From: Chiloscyllium plagiosum
Lineage: Eukaryota
Assembly: GCF_004010195.1 (NCBI RefSeq)
Contig: NC_057719.1
Coordinates: forward strand, 93,687,510 to 93,751,509
Direction of reading: 5' to 3'
Length of the DNA stretch: 64,000 bases
Shown here: in pieces, positions 37,346-50,679 of the stretch
How the letters are laid out: each line of letters starts with the position of its first letter
Position numbering within the stretch: position 1 is the first letter of the stretch
The notes under the pieces: generated by a model
Told to the model about the DNA's origin: nothing
What the model saw: the letters and a program-made list of their open reading frames with translations, nothing else
Database searches by the model: none
Program-made: the position numbers and the translations under genes

Positions 37346-38439
37346 CTGCCAGCTGTATTGTCTTGGTGTTTAGCGCAGACACAAACCCAGGAAGCTTGAT
37401 ATCATTGTCTACAGTCAGTCACGGTGCCCAGCAGTGAGTCAGGGGGAGTCTCAGATCCCAGTCCGGGAGCTAGGACACGGTCAGTCAGCCTCTCGTGGTC
37501 TTTAGGGTCAGGATCCTTCCCCTGTGAGGAGGTGAGGACCTGAATGTCGTTGAGACCCATATCCCTCTTGGGTCTTTCTCTCTTATTGTGGGATGTTGCC
37601 TTCTAAAATGTGAAAATTAACAGGAGGTATTAAGGGAAATGGAAAAGGTTGGTGCAGTTGTTAACACTGGAACAGCTGGGGGAAAGGTGGCGAGGTGTTC
37701 GGAGTGAGTGAGTAGGCTGCACTAACACCGGGCAGAGGGGCATTCGGTTGGAGAGACTGAGAGAAGGTGCTGCATTCAATGAGAATGGGAGAACATGAGC
37801 CTTGTTGGGAGGTGGGTGCAGTAACAAAGAGGGGGTGAAGGTGAAGTCACAACGTGCAGATGGTGGCATTTACCCTGGTGGAGTGGAGAACATCTGACTA
37901 TATGGGCGGCACAGTGGCACAGTGGTTAACACTGCTGCCTCACAGCGCCAAAGACTCGGGTTGAATTCCCCGCGCTCAGGCAACTGTCTGTGTGGAGTTT
38001 GCACCTTCTTCCCGTGTCTGCGTGGGTTTCCTCCGAGTGCTCCGGTTTCCTCCCACAGTACAAAAATATGCAGGTTAGATGAATTGATTGGCCATGATCA
38101 ATTGCCCGTAGTGGTAGGTGAAGGGGTAAATGTAAGGGAATGGGTCTGGGTGGGTCATTCTTCGGAGGGTTGGTGTGGATTGATTAGGCCGAACGTCCTG
38201 TTTCCACCCTGTAGGGAATCTAATCAAACCTCCTACCTACACTACTGGGCATTCACCCAGACGACTGGCACCTCACTGGCCCAGGGGTCAACATTGAACC
38301 AAGCTGGCAGGGTCTGGTGTCATGGCCTTCCCTGCCATTCCCTGGAGGAAGATAATATCCCTCTCGTGCGCCATGTTATCCACAAGAACTTCAGGGACTT
38401 GGTCTCAAAGTGAAACCCCAGTTTTACCCCGTCTGGCAT
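37346..38439 (-). mobile_element. PIF/Harbinger Myb/SANT-like accessory gene relic (exon 1 38439-37874 split by HE1; exon 2 37602-37346)
   Basis: LEVLVDNMAHERDIIF...HQTLPAWFNV...NAQ*C, then after an intron (gtaaat...ttttag) KATSHNKRERPKRDMGLNDIQVLT. Confidence 0.7.
37904..38228 (+). mobile_element. HE1 SINE
   Basis: gggcggcacagtggcacagtggttaacactgctgcctcacag head; gtagggaatctaatc tail. Confidence 0.9.
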
Positions 38440-38639
38440 GACAGTGGACAGAGTTATCTCCTCTATACTGTGCTATTTTCTGAAGTTTTCAAAGGTTACC
38501 AATATCTGATAGGATCAATACGCAGGGATGTGGGATGAGGGCAGGGAGGAGCAGTGTGTGAATTGATTAGCATCACAATAATACTAATCCCACCCTTTAT
38601 ACGCGATGCTACTTAACTGTGTTGGCCTTTTTATCTTTC

Positions 38640-41310
38640 CTGTATAAATGGGGTAAACCTTTGATTATCCAGTTCTGTCGTGGCTACACTGCAGCCACAC
38701 CTCCATAATCCCAGCTCCATCTGACCTGGTTCACACTATTTAAAGCTACCATTTCACTGGCTTGGTGAAAAGTTCCCAGCTTCACTCTTGCCCCATTGAA
38801 GGCTGTTTTCAGTCAACTAATGTTTCTCACTCTCAATTATTGCATATCATTCTCTACCATCATCCAGAACGTTACATAAAATGACCCAAAACTGACACTG
38901 GATCCACTTGCCCCACCTCTTTCCCAAGGACCAGGTCCAACAGTACATGCTCTCTTGGGCTGGACACATACTCCTGAAATGAGCCCTCCTCCACGTAATC
39001 CAGGAACACTCGCCCTTCGTGACCCTGCACCAACATTAACCCAGTCAATATCTGGATAAATTAAGTTTCTCAGTATAACCAATCTGTAGTATTGTCATTG
39101 CTCTCAAATGACCCTGCATGTTTATTCTCTCCAACCTTTCCAATGGTTGCTGGCCCACAGACTGTACCTCACAGTTTAATTGTATACTTTTTGTTCTGTA
39201 GCTCCAGCCAAATTCATTCTGTCCTTGGACGGATCCTCTTTCTCTTGAACTCCTTAACTAACGCTAATCGAAACCAATACTTCTACCTTCATTCTTTCCC
39301 TTCCCTTCTATTATTTCGGAATCCCTTATACCCAGCAATATTTAACACCCAGTCCTGCCATTCCTTGAGCTAGCTCTCGGTGATCAGTCCATCAGATTTC
39401 CACACAACAATCTGCATCTGGAACTCCCCACACTCCGAGTATTCATGTCCATGCAGAGTACCTCAGATTAAGGCTTTCTTTCTTACTCGATCTTCCACTG
39501 ATAAACTTGTTGTTGTACATTAGTACCAAGTGCATCTCCCAGTATTTTGTGAATCCTGTAAGTCTCATCTACTGTTCCTTTTTGGATCCTAAGCAAATGC
39601 CAAGTTATTTTCAATCCCTCCTAAACACCCCATAAGAAGTTCAGTCCCAGCTCTGTCACTTTAGCTCATCGAGCTTGTACAGTTGCTGCCTGCCCCAGAA
39701 ACTGAAGGCCTTCCTGCTGCACCATCGTTCCAGTCACACTCTCATCTACCTAAAACTCCGAGTTCTGTTCCCATTTGTACACGGCGCTGGGAGTATTCCT
39801 GGGATTTCTACATTTGAGGTCCTGCTTGCTAACCATCCACCTAGCTCACTAAATTCTCATTCCCAGACCACTTCACCCTTCCTACTCATGTCATTCCTAC
39901 CAACATGGACATGATATTTGTCTGTTCACTATCCCCCAGACGAATGTCCTGCTGACACCGTGAGATTCTGAACGCCACTACCCTGGAATTACAGAAACAC
40001 TGACACCTTCTTCATATTCCTGAATCCCCTGTGACTATTGCTCCTCCTTCCTTCTCCCTCCCCTCCTGTACAGCCAGGCTGCTTTTGGTGTCACAGGCAT
40101 GGCTCTGACTGCACACCCCTGACCATCCAGCACGTTCATCAGCTTCCAAACTGGGAAACTGAATTGGGAGGGAGACATCAGGATATTCTTGGATTCCCTA
40201 ACTGTTTCTCTTCAGTTGCCTAGTCCCCCATTCCCTTCCTTATTCCAGACCGTCATGTCTGCAGGGTGATCCTCTCTCTGTATGAGCTATCCCCATAATT
40301 CTCAGCATCACAGATGTCCCATAGAGTCTCAACTCACTGTCTGAACTCCAAGACACCGTGTTCATCTTGGACACCAACAGGGGCTATGACTTCCCAAAGT
40401 AACAGAACACATTGTCCATCTGCCAAACATGTCTTGCCATGTCTTCAAATGCAACGTGTCGAGAGTAACTTACTTAATTGCTTAGAATGAAGTTAACATC
40501 AGGGAAATAACAATATGGTTAAGTCCCTTATTCAACTGTGGCTTACTGAGGGTAATTTATTATATAGGCTCAGAATTTCACTGCTTCCACTTATTTCCGA
40601 GTTCAACCCTTCAGATGTTGAAAAAATAAATTTGCTAACTTATAGCAATTAACTGACAGTCGCTAATAACGGTGTATTTCTTAGCCAATGAACTTACAGC
40701 ATTTTCTGTGATTGCTCTAGCCTTCTTACAAACTCAGTGCAGGCAGGTCCCAGCAGCAGAAAGTTATCTCTGTGACTCCCAGGTACGTGTAGTCTTCCAG
40801 CTCCCACTCCACTCTGCTCCCTCACAGGGTCACCATCTCTGTGACTCCCAAGTATGTGTAATCCTCCAGCTCCCACTCCAATCTGCTCCCTCACAGGGTC
40901 ACCATCTCTGTGACTCCCAGGTATGTGTAATCCTCCAGCTCCCACTCCACTCTGCTCCCTCACAGGGTCACCATCTCTGTGACTCCCAGGTACGACTAGG
41001 CCTCGATCCTCAGTGCTGATTTATACCCTCCTACATTGGTGCCTCTAACTCCCAGGTGTGAGTTAGCCTTGCTCTTGCTTCAAGTTGCTCCCTCACATGG
41101 TCTCTCCCTCTGTGACTCGGTGCTGGTTTAGAGCCTCCTGCTCTGCTGTTTCTCCAACTTAAGTCCCAGTCGGCCTCGAGTTTCGCTGCTGATGTATGTT
41201 CTCCCGCTTTGTGCTGTTCTCTCTCAGTTTCTCTCCCTTTGTAACTCCTAGGAAATGGTAGGCCTCAAGCCTCAGCTGAGATTTATAACATCCCATTCCG
41301 CACTGCTCCC
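38640..41310 (-). mobile_element. Old CR1 5' half: putative 5' UTR, ORF1 and EN relic
   Basis: EN peptide VILRNLIYPDIDW; ORF1-like start at ~40440; repeat-rich upstream region. Confidence 0.6.
40768..40990. repeat. 69-bp tandem repeat, 3 full copies plus a partial
   Basis: ctctgtgactcccag at 40768, 40837, 40906 and 40975. Confidence 0.95.
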
Positions 41311-43049
41311 TCATGGGATCGCTATCGTGCCTGGAAAACAGTGGGAAAGAGCAGGATTAGACAGAGCAGAGGGTGCTACAGTGGTTGAAGGAGCTGTAGG
41401 GGATGGAACGGGTTGTCTGGGGAGCTCGGCAGACCTGCAGCAATGAAATACGTTTACTGGAAGATACAGTGCGAGATGCAGACATTGAAGAAGGCAAAGG
41501 AAATAGAGAGTTGGTGGCTTGTTCATGACGGAGCTTTGTAGAGTCTAAAAGACTTTTTTTGAACAGCTTACAGAGATGTGTAGACTTCAACAAATGCAAA
41601 TTGACAGGCCAGCAACTATCGTATGGCACTGGAGAGTGTTGGATATCACAGAGTTAGAAGGCTTGCAGTAACTGGGGGGAATATAAACTTTTGGAGCACT
41701 GGTGGTGTTCAAGGACCCTCAGGTCATGAGGAGGTGCAGAGAATGGGAGTATTCTAAATAGTCGGATTTTTGGGGCTCTAAGTCCTGAGGTGGATAAGGA
41801 GGAAGATAAGTACAGTTTAGCACACGCAACCATTATGCTGTCATTCATCACAGTTATATGGAGAGTAACAAAAACAAAAACGGAGAGATTTTGGGTGATC
41901 TGAAGTTTAAACAAGAACAAAGAAATTTTAGAGATCTCGAGCACAGATGAGAATGGAGGAATTGAGATATTGTGAGTAACTATCAGAGCTATATGGCGGG
42001 GAGAATGTCAGATATAAAAGGGAGAGCTGCATTGTCTGTATGCAGTTACAGATGGGTGGAGTGTTTTAGCGCCTGCTGGAGAGTACGCAGATAACAACAG
42101 TTCAAACGGCTGGTGCAGTGGTCGAGAAAGGCAGCTTACCACCACCTTCGCAGGGACAACTCAAACTCAACAGTAAATATTTGCTCAGCCAACAAAGCTC
42201 ATGTCCGTGAGCGAATGAAGGAATAAAAGATCTATAAGTAGCACTGAGGTCACTCAGGAAGGCTCTTTCAACAGTACTTCACAAAACCCGGAACCACTAT
42301 AACCTGGAAGGACAAGAGTTCCAGGTGCACAGTGAACACCAGCATTTCCAAGGCACACTCCATCCTCCCAGCACTGTGTCTGTCCCTACACCCAAAGAAC
42401 TGCAATGGGTCAGGAAGGCAGCTCACCACCGCATTCTTCAGGGAATTATAGATGGGGAAGTACTAGTGAAACTCTGCTGTTTACAGCCAGACAGAAAAGT
42501 AAATCCAGCAGTGGGTGTGAAATGAAATTTCTATTTCAGAACAACATGCTTAGTATGAATACAGGATTTGTCTGATTGGCACAAGACAGAGAGTGTGAAG
42601 AAAGGGGTATTTTTCACGATGGAAATTGGTGCTGAGTGGAGCTCCGCAGGGATCAGTGTTGGGGACTACACTCTACACGTTATTCATTAAGAGTCTGGAC
42701 AAAGGATGTGAAGGGGTTCGAGAAATAGGTTTCCAAGGCTTGTAACAACTATAGAGGAGTCTAATCAGCTCACACTGAAAATGTTGTATACAGGTTTGGT
42801 CCCCTATCTGGAGGGAAAATATCCTTGCATGGGATGCAGCAGAAAGGAGGTTCACCAGACGGATCTTCAAAATGGAGGGTTTTGATTAGAAGAGGTGGAG
42901 AAGGTTGAACTTGCAGTCGTTAAAATTTTGAAAATGAGGCAAATTTATTGATACACCTAAGATTCTTGCGTTCTTACAGATTCGGTACTGAGACAGAGTA
43001 TCCCTGAGCAAGGATTTGTAACCAGAGATAAAGGGAAATACAGACACCA

Positions 43050-45600
43050 GAGAAGCTAACAGAGAAAAGCTGGGTTGTAGAGACTGTAAGATGTTACAGA
43101 GTTCGGTTGGTTTTACATCACTGTTGATGGTCAGAGATCAGATAGGTTGTTGGGCTGAAACATGTCAAGGAGAGTTACAGGGTTACCAGTCCTGAAGGTG
43201 TTAGAGATCGGGAGGAATATAGTGACTAGAGATTACACATATGGGGTTTTAGTTGGAGTTTTAGGAGATTCAGAAACTCGGGGGGGGGGGGGTTGTTGGG
43301 ACTTGAGATTACAAAGATATTGGTAGTAGTTGGAGCTACAGAAGTTTTTAGAGAAAGGGAGGATTGTAGGCACTGGAGATTAGACAGATAGGGTGGTATT
43401 TGGAGCTACAGGAGTTTATGTAGGAAGGGAGGATTGGGCGGACTGGAGATTACACAGACAGGGGTGGTAATTGGAGCTGCAGGAGTTTATAGAGACCGGG
43501 AGGTTTATTGGTGCTGGAAATTACACTGACATGTTGGAGCTGCAGAAGTGAGTGAGATAAGGAGGGTTGAAGGGGCTGGATCAGTTCACGCAGTCAGGGA
43601 GAAGTTTAGGGATTGGAGGAGCCAGAGATACTGAGGGTTGTAGGGCTGCAAGAGTTCAGAGAGCTAGTGAGGACTGTGAAGGCAAGTTTGCAGAATTCCC
43701 ATCAGTTACACAGAGATGTGTAGTGCGGTTCTCGAGGAGGTTACAGAAATCAACAGGGTTGCAGATACTGGAAAATATTACAAAGACAGTGAGCTGTGGT
43801 ATTTGAGGAGGTTACAGCGACAGGATGCATTGAGGAGTTGGAGGCTGCTACAGGTGTTAAACATGTTGCAAGGGATCAAAAACCTTACATCGATCGGGGG
43901 ATTGGAAGCTCTGGAAGTAAAGAATGAGAATTGCAGTAACTGAAGAATATCACAGAGATGGGGAGTAACATATGAGTTAGAGGAGTTATAACACGAGATG
44001 AACTGTATTCAATGGAGTCAGGAAAGATACAGGGAGATCTGAAGGGACTACAGGGAAACTAAAGAACAATGGGGCTTTTCAGTGTAGGATTGGGGAAGTT
44101 TACGCAGACAGGGAGTATTTTATAGAATTGTGCTATTTACAGAGATTAATAGAGTTGTATAGAATTGAGGCATAAACAGAGATATGGAAGGATGTAGATA
44201 ATGAATACATTTGTTGATGTCGGATGCTGAGGTTCTCGAAATTATATGGACCGGAAAGCTGGACAATCTGTCGGAGTTTACAGAGACAGGAACAGCAATA
44301 GACCCTGGAGACACAAACACAGATAGTGAGCATTGAACACACTGGAGGAGGTTTCTGCTTTAGGGACGGTTGTAAGGGAATGTAACGTTTACACAGATAG
44401 GAGTGTAAGAGATAGAGAAGATTATGGAGATGATTAGATTCGTGGGGAGATGGGAGGAGCTTACATTGACAGGCGGGTGATAGCGACGGGAAGATGTTAC
44501 ATAGATAGTAAGACTTGTAGAAACTAATCGGGGCAGTCACAAGCATTGGAGCTGGTTTCGCAAATCGGGGTATTGCAGGGACCTGAGAGGATTACGCAGA
44601 TAGGGAGGATTGTAGGATGTTCACATTTTCAGAGTTTTTTCAGGACTGAAAAAGGTTACACAGTTAAGGAGGGATGTTGGAGCTGTAGGAGTTCACAGAG
44701 ACTCGGAGGTATTAAGGGTTTGCGGCTGTTTATGGATAGATGGATATATTTAGAGACAGTTATATGGAACTCAGAGGGAGAGTTTAGGTTAAATTCCCAT
44801 AGCTTGGGAACAGGTACTTCGGCTCAACAAGTCCACACCAATTCTCCGGAGAGTAACCAACCCAGACCCGCTTCTATCTGACAATGTACCCAACACTATG
44901 GGCATTTTAGAATGACCAAATCACCTGACCTGCACATTATCGGACTGTGGGAGGAAACTGGAGCACCCGGAGGAAACCCACGCAGACACAGGGAGAATGT
45001 GCAAACTCCACACAAACAGTCACCCAACGCTGGAATTGAACCTGGGTCCCTGGCACTGTGAGGTATCATTGTTCACAACTGAGCCACCGTGCTGCCCCAA
45101 ATTGCAGAATTGCACAAAGAGAGAATGTTTGAGGTGTGGGGAGGGCCATAGGGAGTGGAGGAGCAAACAGAGATGTGAAGTGCTGTTGTGGCTTGAAATG
45201 GGTCTGGAGGTGTTTCTCGATAAAGAGCTCGGTAGGGACGGGAGAAGCTTACTGTGGTCGTGTGGTGCTGTCAGCCAGGAGGCAGGAGTGTGATCGGATC
45301 TGCAGAAGGTTACAGTGATAATATGTCATCTTGGGGCTTGATGAAGGGTACACAAGGGAGGCATTTTGGTCCAGGCTGGAGGATTTTACCGAGACGGAGG
45401 CACTGTAAGTATTGTGCAAAACTACATAAATAGGGATTATTTTACTGAGTGCAGGATGAGATCATTGAGATTGGGCATGTTATCGTCACTGGAACGATTT
45501 ACAGATAGGGAGTGTCGTCAGCATTGGAGTAGGTTTCAAATATACAACGGGGATATGGGAGGGGAGAAGGTTGCATAAATAGGAAATTTTCTGGGAATTA
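43050..45600 (+). repeat. Highly degenerate purine-rich minisatellite field (ggaggaggttacagagatagggag-like)
   Basis: Recurrent ttacagagat/ggagg motifs; similar fields at 50400-50650, 52440-53290 and 61000-61200. Confidence 0.6.
44783..45098 (-). mobile_element. HE1 SINE
   Basis: aactgagccaccgtgctgccc head and gtgcaaactccacaca core in reverse orientation. Confidence 0.9.
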
Positions 45601-46051
45601 CAAGCATCCAAAGACACTGGCGCAAATGAGTTGGACATAAAGGCATGTTTCCTTGCTGTATGACTCTATCACACGACAAGAGACTCTGTGAGGGTGGCGG
45701 GGTGGGGGGGGGAATATAGAACAGAAAGATACCAGGTTGCAATGCCATCTCCTTGAGGATGGCCTGCTTCCCCCTCTGTTGTACTGATCCTCACTAAGAC
45801 AGCACAAGCCTGGATTGATAACTGTCAACTTCCTATATTGACATAGGAAGGCTCAGTGCAGCAGAGATAAAAGTTAACAAGAAGGTGGGGATTAAGCCTG
45901 GGACCATCATGCTCTGTGTTCGTGCTTCAATACTGTATGTACGTCATGTATTCTGGGCCAAAGTTCGATCCCTAAAATACACTCTGCTCTGTTCACTGCG
46001 AGTGATGTTACCTCGCTGCAGGATTTACTGAAGGCTCCAGATCTCACTCAC

Positions 46052-46110
46052 CATCTTTCTGGCTGACCAACTGTCTTCAATGTGGTGATGAACGAAACAG
46101 GAATTGGGAA
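46052..46110 (-). other. Candidate first exon ending in the start codon only (ATG 46052-46054; 5' limit unknown)
   Basis: ...gttggtcagccagaaagATG|gtgagt, with A at -3 and a strong donor, in unique sequence. Confidence 0.45.
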
Positions 46111-46113
46111 TTC

Positions 46114-46123
46114 TGCTGAGTCA
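46114..46123 (+). promoter_or_regulatory. MARE/ARE-like (NF-E2/Nrf2-sMaf, contains AP-1) site
   Basis: TGCTGAGTCA exact match ~60 bp upstream of the candidate ATG. Confidence 0.3.
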
Positions 46124-47789
46124 GGAGTATCCTGATTACGTACAGGAGACAGAGAAATAGACAGAACGGCAAATTAGACTGATGCAGTGAGGGTTACACA
46201 GGGAGAATGGCACTGAGTCCCACAGAGATCTGGAAAATTAGAGTCTCCATCCCTGGCCTGTGTTGCCTCGTCTCCCTGTAGTGGAGATTTCTGTTGGCTC
46301 AGGATCTGGAGTAGCTGCAAAATGTGCAGTCACCAGCATCAATTAAACCCTCATGGTAACAGGTAACACATGGCGACATACTGTGGGATATCACCAATGT
46401 GCAAGAATGTATCTGGGTCAAACCACGGTCAGGAAGAAGGGGGTTTTATTCATGGTGCACTGGGATCAGTACTCAGGAATGAGCGAGTAAAAAAGGGGCC
46501 AGGCAACGGCCTAATGTTACTCTCACTTGACTGTTCATCCAGGATTTAATGCCAGTGTTAGGGATATCCATCTGACTATTTCATACCCTTTAAGTAACAA
46601 AATCTGTTATAGGCTGCCGGTCTGGCCTACATATGAATCCAGACCAAGAGCAATGAGATTGAATCTCAAGTGCTCTCTGAAATGGTCTGGCAAGCCACTC
46701 AGCTCTAAGGCTAGTCAGGGTGACCTGTGATGCTGACCAGCCAGAGACAGCAACGTCCTATGAGTGCATTAAAAACGACCCTGCTGGGAGCAGTGCCCTG
46801 GCCAGTTAATTCGGTAGGTTTATAGACAGAGCTTTAAACTGATAGAGAGGATGCAGGCACAGGTTCAGGTGAAAAGAGCTTTCCAAATCCAAAGAGAAAA
46901 TATGAAGCCTCGGAACAGAATATGGATGTGACTGAAGACAAGCAGATAGAAACAGGAAGGGGTGGAGTTGAAACTAAAATTGTATATCAGCGAATAGGAT
47001 TGTGACAGGAAATTGTGGGAAAACGTAAACTATATGTTTTTTGAATGGACAAAGTATCTGCAATAAGGTAACAGCCTTGTGACACAGAGAAAATTGAGAT
47101 TTAGTCACCAGACGAACGTGATTATAGGTTGTACAAAAGGTGGAACATATATATTCAACAGTAAACAACCTTATAGGATCACAGGTAGAATGGAAAAGCA
47201 AGATGGGAAGCTTGACAATAATGGATAACAAAGGCATTACAGAGAAAGCATTTGGCCTCAGATTATGCAGCTGAATCAGCCTGAATGCAAATTCGGGGTG
47301 CTCCGTGTCAAAAACACGTGCACAAGAACGGTTTTTTAGGCTGTCGATCAGTATTTGATTGATCATCCCTGCATTAAACATGAATTCATTAGAATTTGTA
47401 ACAAAGGTGGTGAGAAATTTTGGGAGATTTCAATCTTTATATAATCTGGGACAGACACATTGGCAAGAGTGATATTATCTGAGATTCTCCTTGAAAGATT
47501 TTGCCAGTGTTTTTTTAAATAACACATTGTGTAACTGGCTAGAGATGTAATTGCCCAGAACTACCTTTGGGTGATGAAGCTTAGTAAATGAGTATTATCA
47601 CACTGAGATCCTCCAGGAAATTATAGCGGAATTCAAAGAGATTATGACATTTTCAAATGATTATAAAGCACACCCGAGCATCAGTAACAAAACCAATTGC
47701 ATGATTTTTAGAGAGAACTCACCAAGGTAAACAGGGGAAACAGACTGAAATGGCAGGCTGTAAATGAACAGTGGAAAACATTTAGACTC

Positions 47790-49865
47790 AGAGCGTCCCA
47801 GAGACGTGCAGCACATAAATGGAACCCTTCTGTCCAACTCGTTCACGCCGCCCAGATATCCATTCCTAATCTCGTCCCATCTGCCAGCACTTGCCCCATA
47901 CCTACTAAACCCCTTTCACTCATGTACCAATCCAGATATGTTCTGAATGCTGCAATTGTACCAGCCTCTACCACTTCCTCTTGCAGTACATTCCATACAT
48001 ACACGACACTCTGCGTGAAAAATCTGCCCCTTAGGTCCCTTTTAAATTGTTCATCTCTCGCCCTAACCTTATGCCCTCGAGCATTGGTCTCCACCACCAC
48101 AGAGAAAATACCTTGTCTGTTTATCATTTCCACGCCCCTCATGATTTTACAAACATCAAGAATGTCACGCCTTAGCCTCTGATGATCTAGGAAAATAAAA
48201 ACAGTCCCAATCGTTTCAGCCTCTCCCGATAGCTCAAATGCTCCAAGGCTGGCAGCATTCTTGTAAGCCTTTTCAGAACTTTTTCAACTTTCACAACATC
48301 TTTCCAATAGCAAAAGGACCAGAATTGCATGCAATGATCCAGAAGTGGCCTAACCAGTGGTCTTTACAGCTGCAACATGACTTCCAAACTCCTGGACTTG
48401 ACCAAACACCTTCTTCACTATCCTCTTAACTGCGACTTTACTTTAAAGGAGCTATGAAGTCCAAGATCTCTTTGTTCAGCAACACACCCTAAAATCTCAC
48501 CATTAAGTGCATAAGCCCTGCTGAGATTTGCTTTCCCAAAATGCAGCACCTCACATTTATCTAAATTAAACTCCATCTGCCACTCCTCAGCCCATTCGCT
48601 CATCCAATCAAGATCTCGTTGTAATCTGAGGTAGCCTTCTTCAGTGTCTGCTATGTCTCAACTTTTGGTGTCATCTGCCAATTTATTAACTGTACCTCCC
48701 ATGTTCAGTCCAAATCATTTCTATAATGACAAAACGTAGTGGATCCAGCATTGACCTTTCTGGCACACCATCGGCCTCCAGTGTGAAAAACAACCCTCCA
48801 CAACTAACTTCTGTCTTCCACTTTCGAGCCAGTTCTGTATCCAAATGGCTAGTTCTGCCTGTACTCCATGAGATCTACCCTTGTAACCGATCTTCCAGTA
48901 GGCACGGTTTTGAACGCCTCAGTGAAGTCCATATAGATCACGTCCAATGATCGGCCCTCATCAATCCTTTTTGTTACTTCTTCAATAAACGTAATCAACT
49001 TCTTGAGACATGATTTCCCACACACAAAGCCATACTGACTATCTCTATTCGCGCCTTGCCTTTCTAAATACATGTAAATCCTATCTTGCAGGAATCTCTT
49101 CGACAATTTACCCGCTACTGATGTCAGGCTCACTGGTCTATAGTTCGATAGCTTTCCCTTTCCACCTTTCTTAAATGGTGGCACCACGTTAGCCAACCTC
49201 CAAACGGCTAGCACCTCACCTATGATGATCGATGATACAAATTCTTCAGCAAGGGGCCCATCAATTACTTCCCTAGCTTCTTACAGAGCTCCAAGGTACA
49301 CCTGATCAGGTCCTGGGGATTTATCCGCTTTTACGCGTTTCAAGACGTCCAGCATCTCCTCCTCTTTAACATGGACAGTTTTCCAAGATGTCACCATCTA
49401 TTTCCCCACATTCGATATTTTCCATTTCCTTCTCTACAGTAAACACTGATGCAAAACATTGGTTTCGGATCGCCCCCATCTCCTGTGGCTCCACACAAAG
49501 GTTGCATTGCTGATCTTTGTGGGGCCGTATTTTCTCCCTACCTACCTTATTGTCCTTTATGTATTTATAGAACACTCTTGCGATTCTCCTTAACCCTGTT
49601 TGCCAAAGCTATCTCATGTCCCCTTTTTACACTCCTGATTTCCCTCCTAAGTATACTCCTCCTGCCTTCATAATCTGAGGATTCACTTGAATTCTCGTGT
49701 CTAAACCAAACAAATGTTTCCTTCCTTTTCTTAACCAAATCCTTAGTTCTCTACTCATCCAGCATTCCGTACACCCACCAGCATTTCCTTCCACCCTAAC
49801 AAGAATACTATATACTATCTCTGGAAAGCCGTTCTCTCATTTTTGAAGGCTTCCCATCTTCCAAT
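47790..49865 (-). mobile_element. CR1 LINE ORF2, 5'-truncated
   Basis: WRLANVVPPFKKG, NYRPVSLTS, WQMEFNLDKCEVLHFG. Confidence 0.95.
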
Positions 49866-50107
49866 TATAAAGGTTTCATTCTCTCAAAATGGAATGTCCC
49901 CAATTCCTGTATCTCATGAAACTGCCAATTTAAAACAATGAAAAAATAGAGCACATTCTAAATTAAGGCTTTGATGAAGTGAGCTCTGGTCAGTCATGTA
50001 TATCTGGAGCTCACTAGATGCATAGAGAGTGCTTCCTACCAGAGAAGCACCAGTTCAGTGTCAGGTGCACAGACAGAATGGGCAAATACATTCACATCTG
50101 AACTCAC

Positions 50108-50192
50108 ATCTCCCAGCCTGTAAATCTGAAGGTATGCACAGCCATTCTGGTAAACATCTCAAAACTTAGGTCATCAAGATTGGCCCAATAGT
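50108..50192 (-). other. Candidate 85-bp coding exon (phase 1 to 2): xYWANLDDLSFEMFTRMAVHTFRFTGWEx
   Basis: Acceptor gatttgtttttgcttag, donor gtgagt; the other two frames contain stops. Confidence 0.55.
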
Positions 50193-50679
50193 CTAAGCAA
50201 AAACAAATCAGTCATTCAGACTAAAACATCCTTCAGGTTTCACAACCCATTCTCGGTTGCATCCTTCAGGTTCCATGAATCCTGCTACCTCTAACCTCCT
50301 ACAGGATAATTGTCCCTTCTTACATTTGTACCATCCTCCAGGTTCTGCAGCCCTTCCTACCTCCGTGACATGGGGCGGACACTGCAACTCTTCCTTCCTC
50401 TGCAATGTTCCCCAGAAGGGTACTGAAAGATCGTGGGGTTACAGAGTAGGGAGGCATATCAGGATTGGAGGATTTTGCAGTTATTAGCAATATTGAAGTG
50501 GCTAAAATTGGCTTCGGTAATTTTGAGGATTCCCGGAAATAAAGGAGGTTACAGAACTAAGGAGGATTGGAGGGACTGGAAGACGTTTCACAGTTTAGGA
50601 GTTTTGTGGGGACTGGAGGAAGGCACCAAAATAGGGAGGGTTTAAAATTGAAGGTTTCTGCAGAAAATCTCTACTGGGT

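Noticed and set aside
41320..41435. Minus-strand acceptors (attgctgcag, tgttttccag) as exon 2 after the ATG exon
   Set aside because: No convincing donor, unremarkable peptide, and no counterpart in the duplicated copy.
49979..50050. Two adjacent hairpins (agtgagctc/gagctcact; gtgcttc/gaagcac) as a snoRNA or pre-miRNA
   Set aside because: Stems are only 7-9 bp and there is no convincing H/ACA or C/D box.
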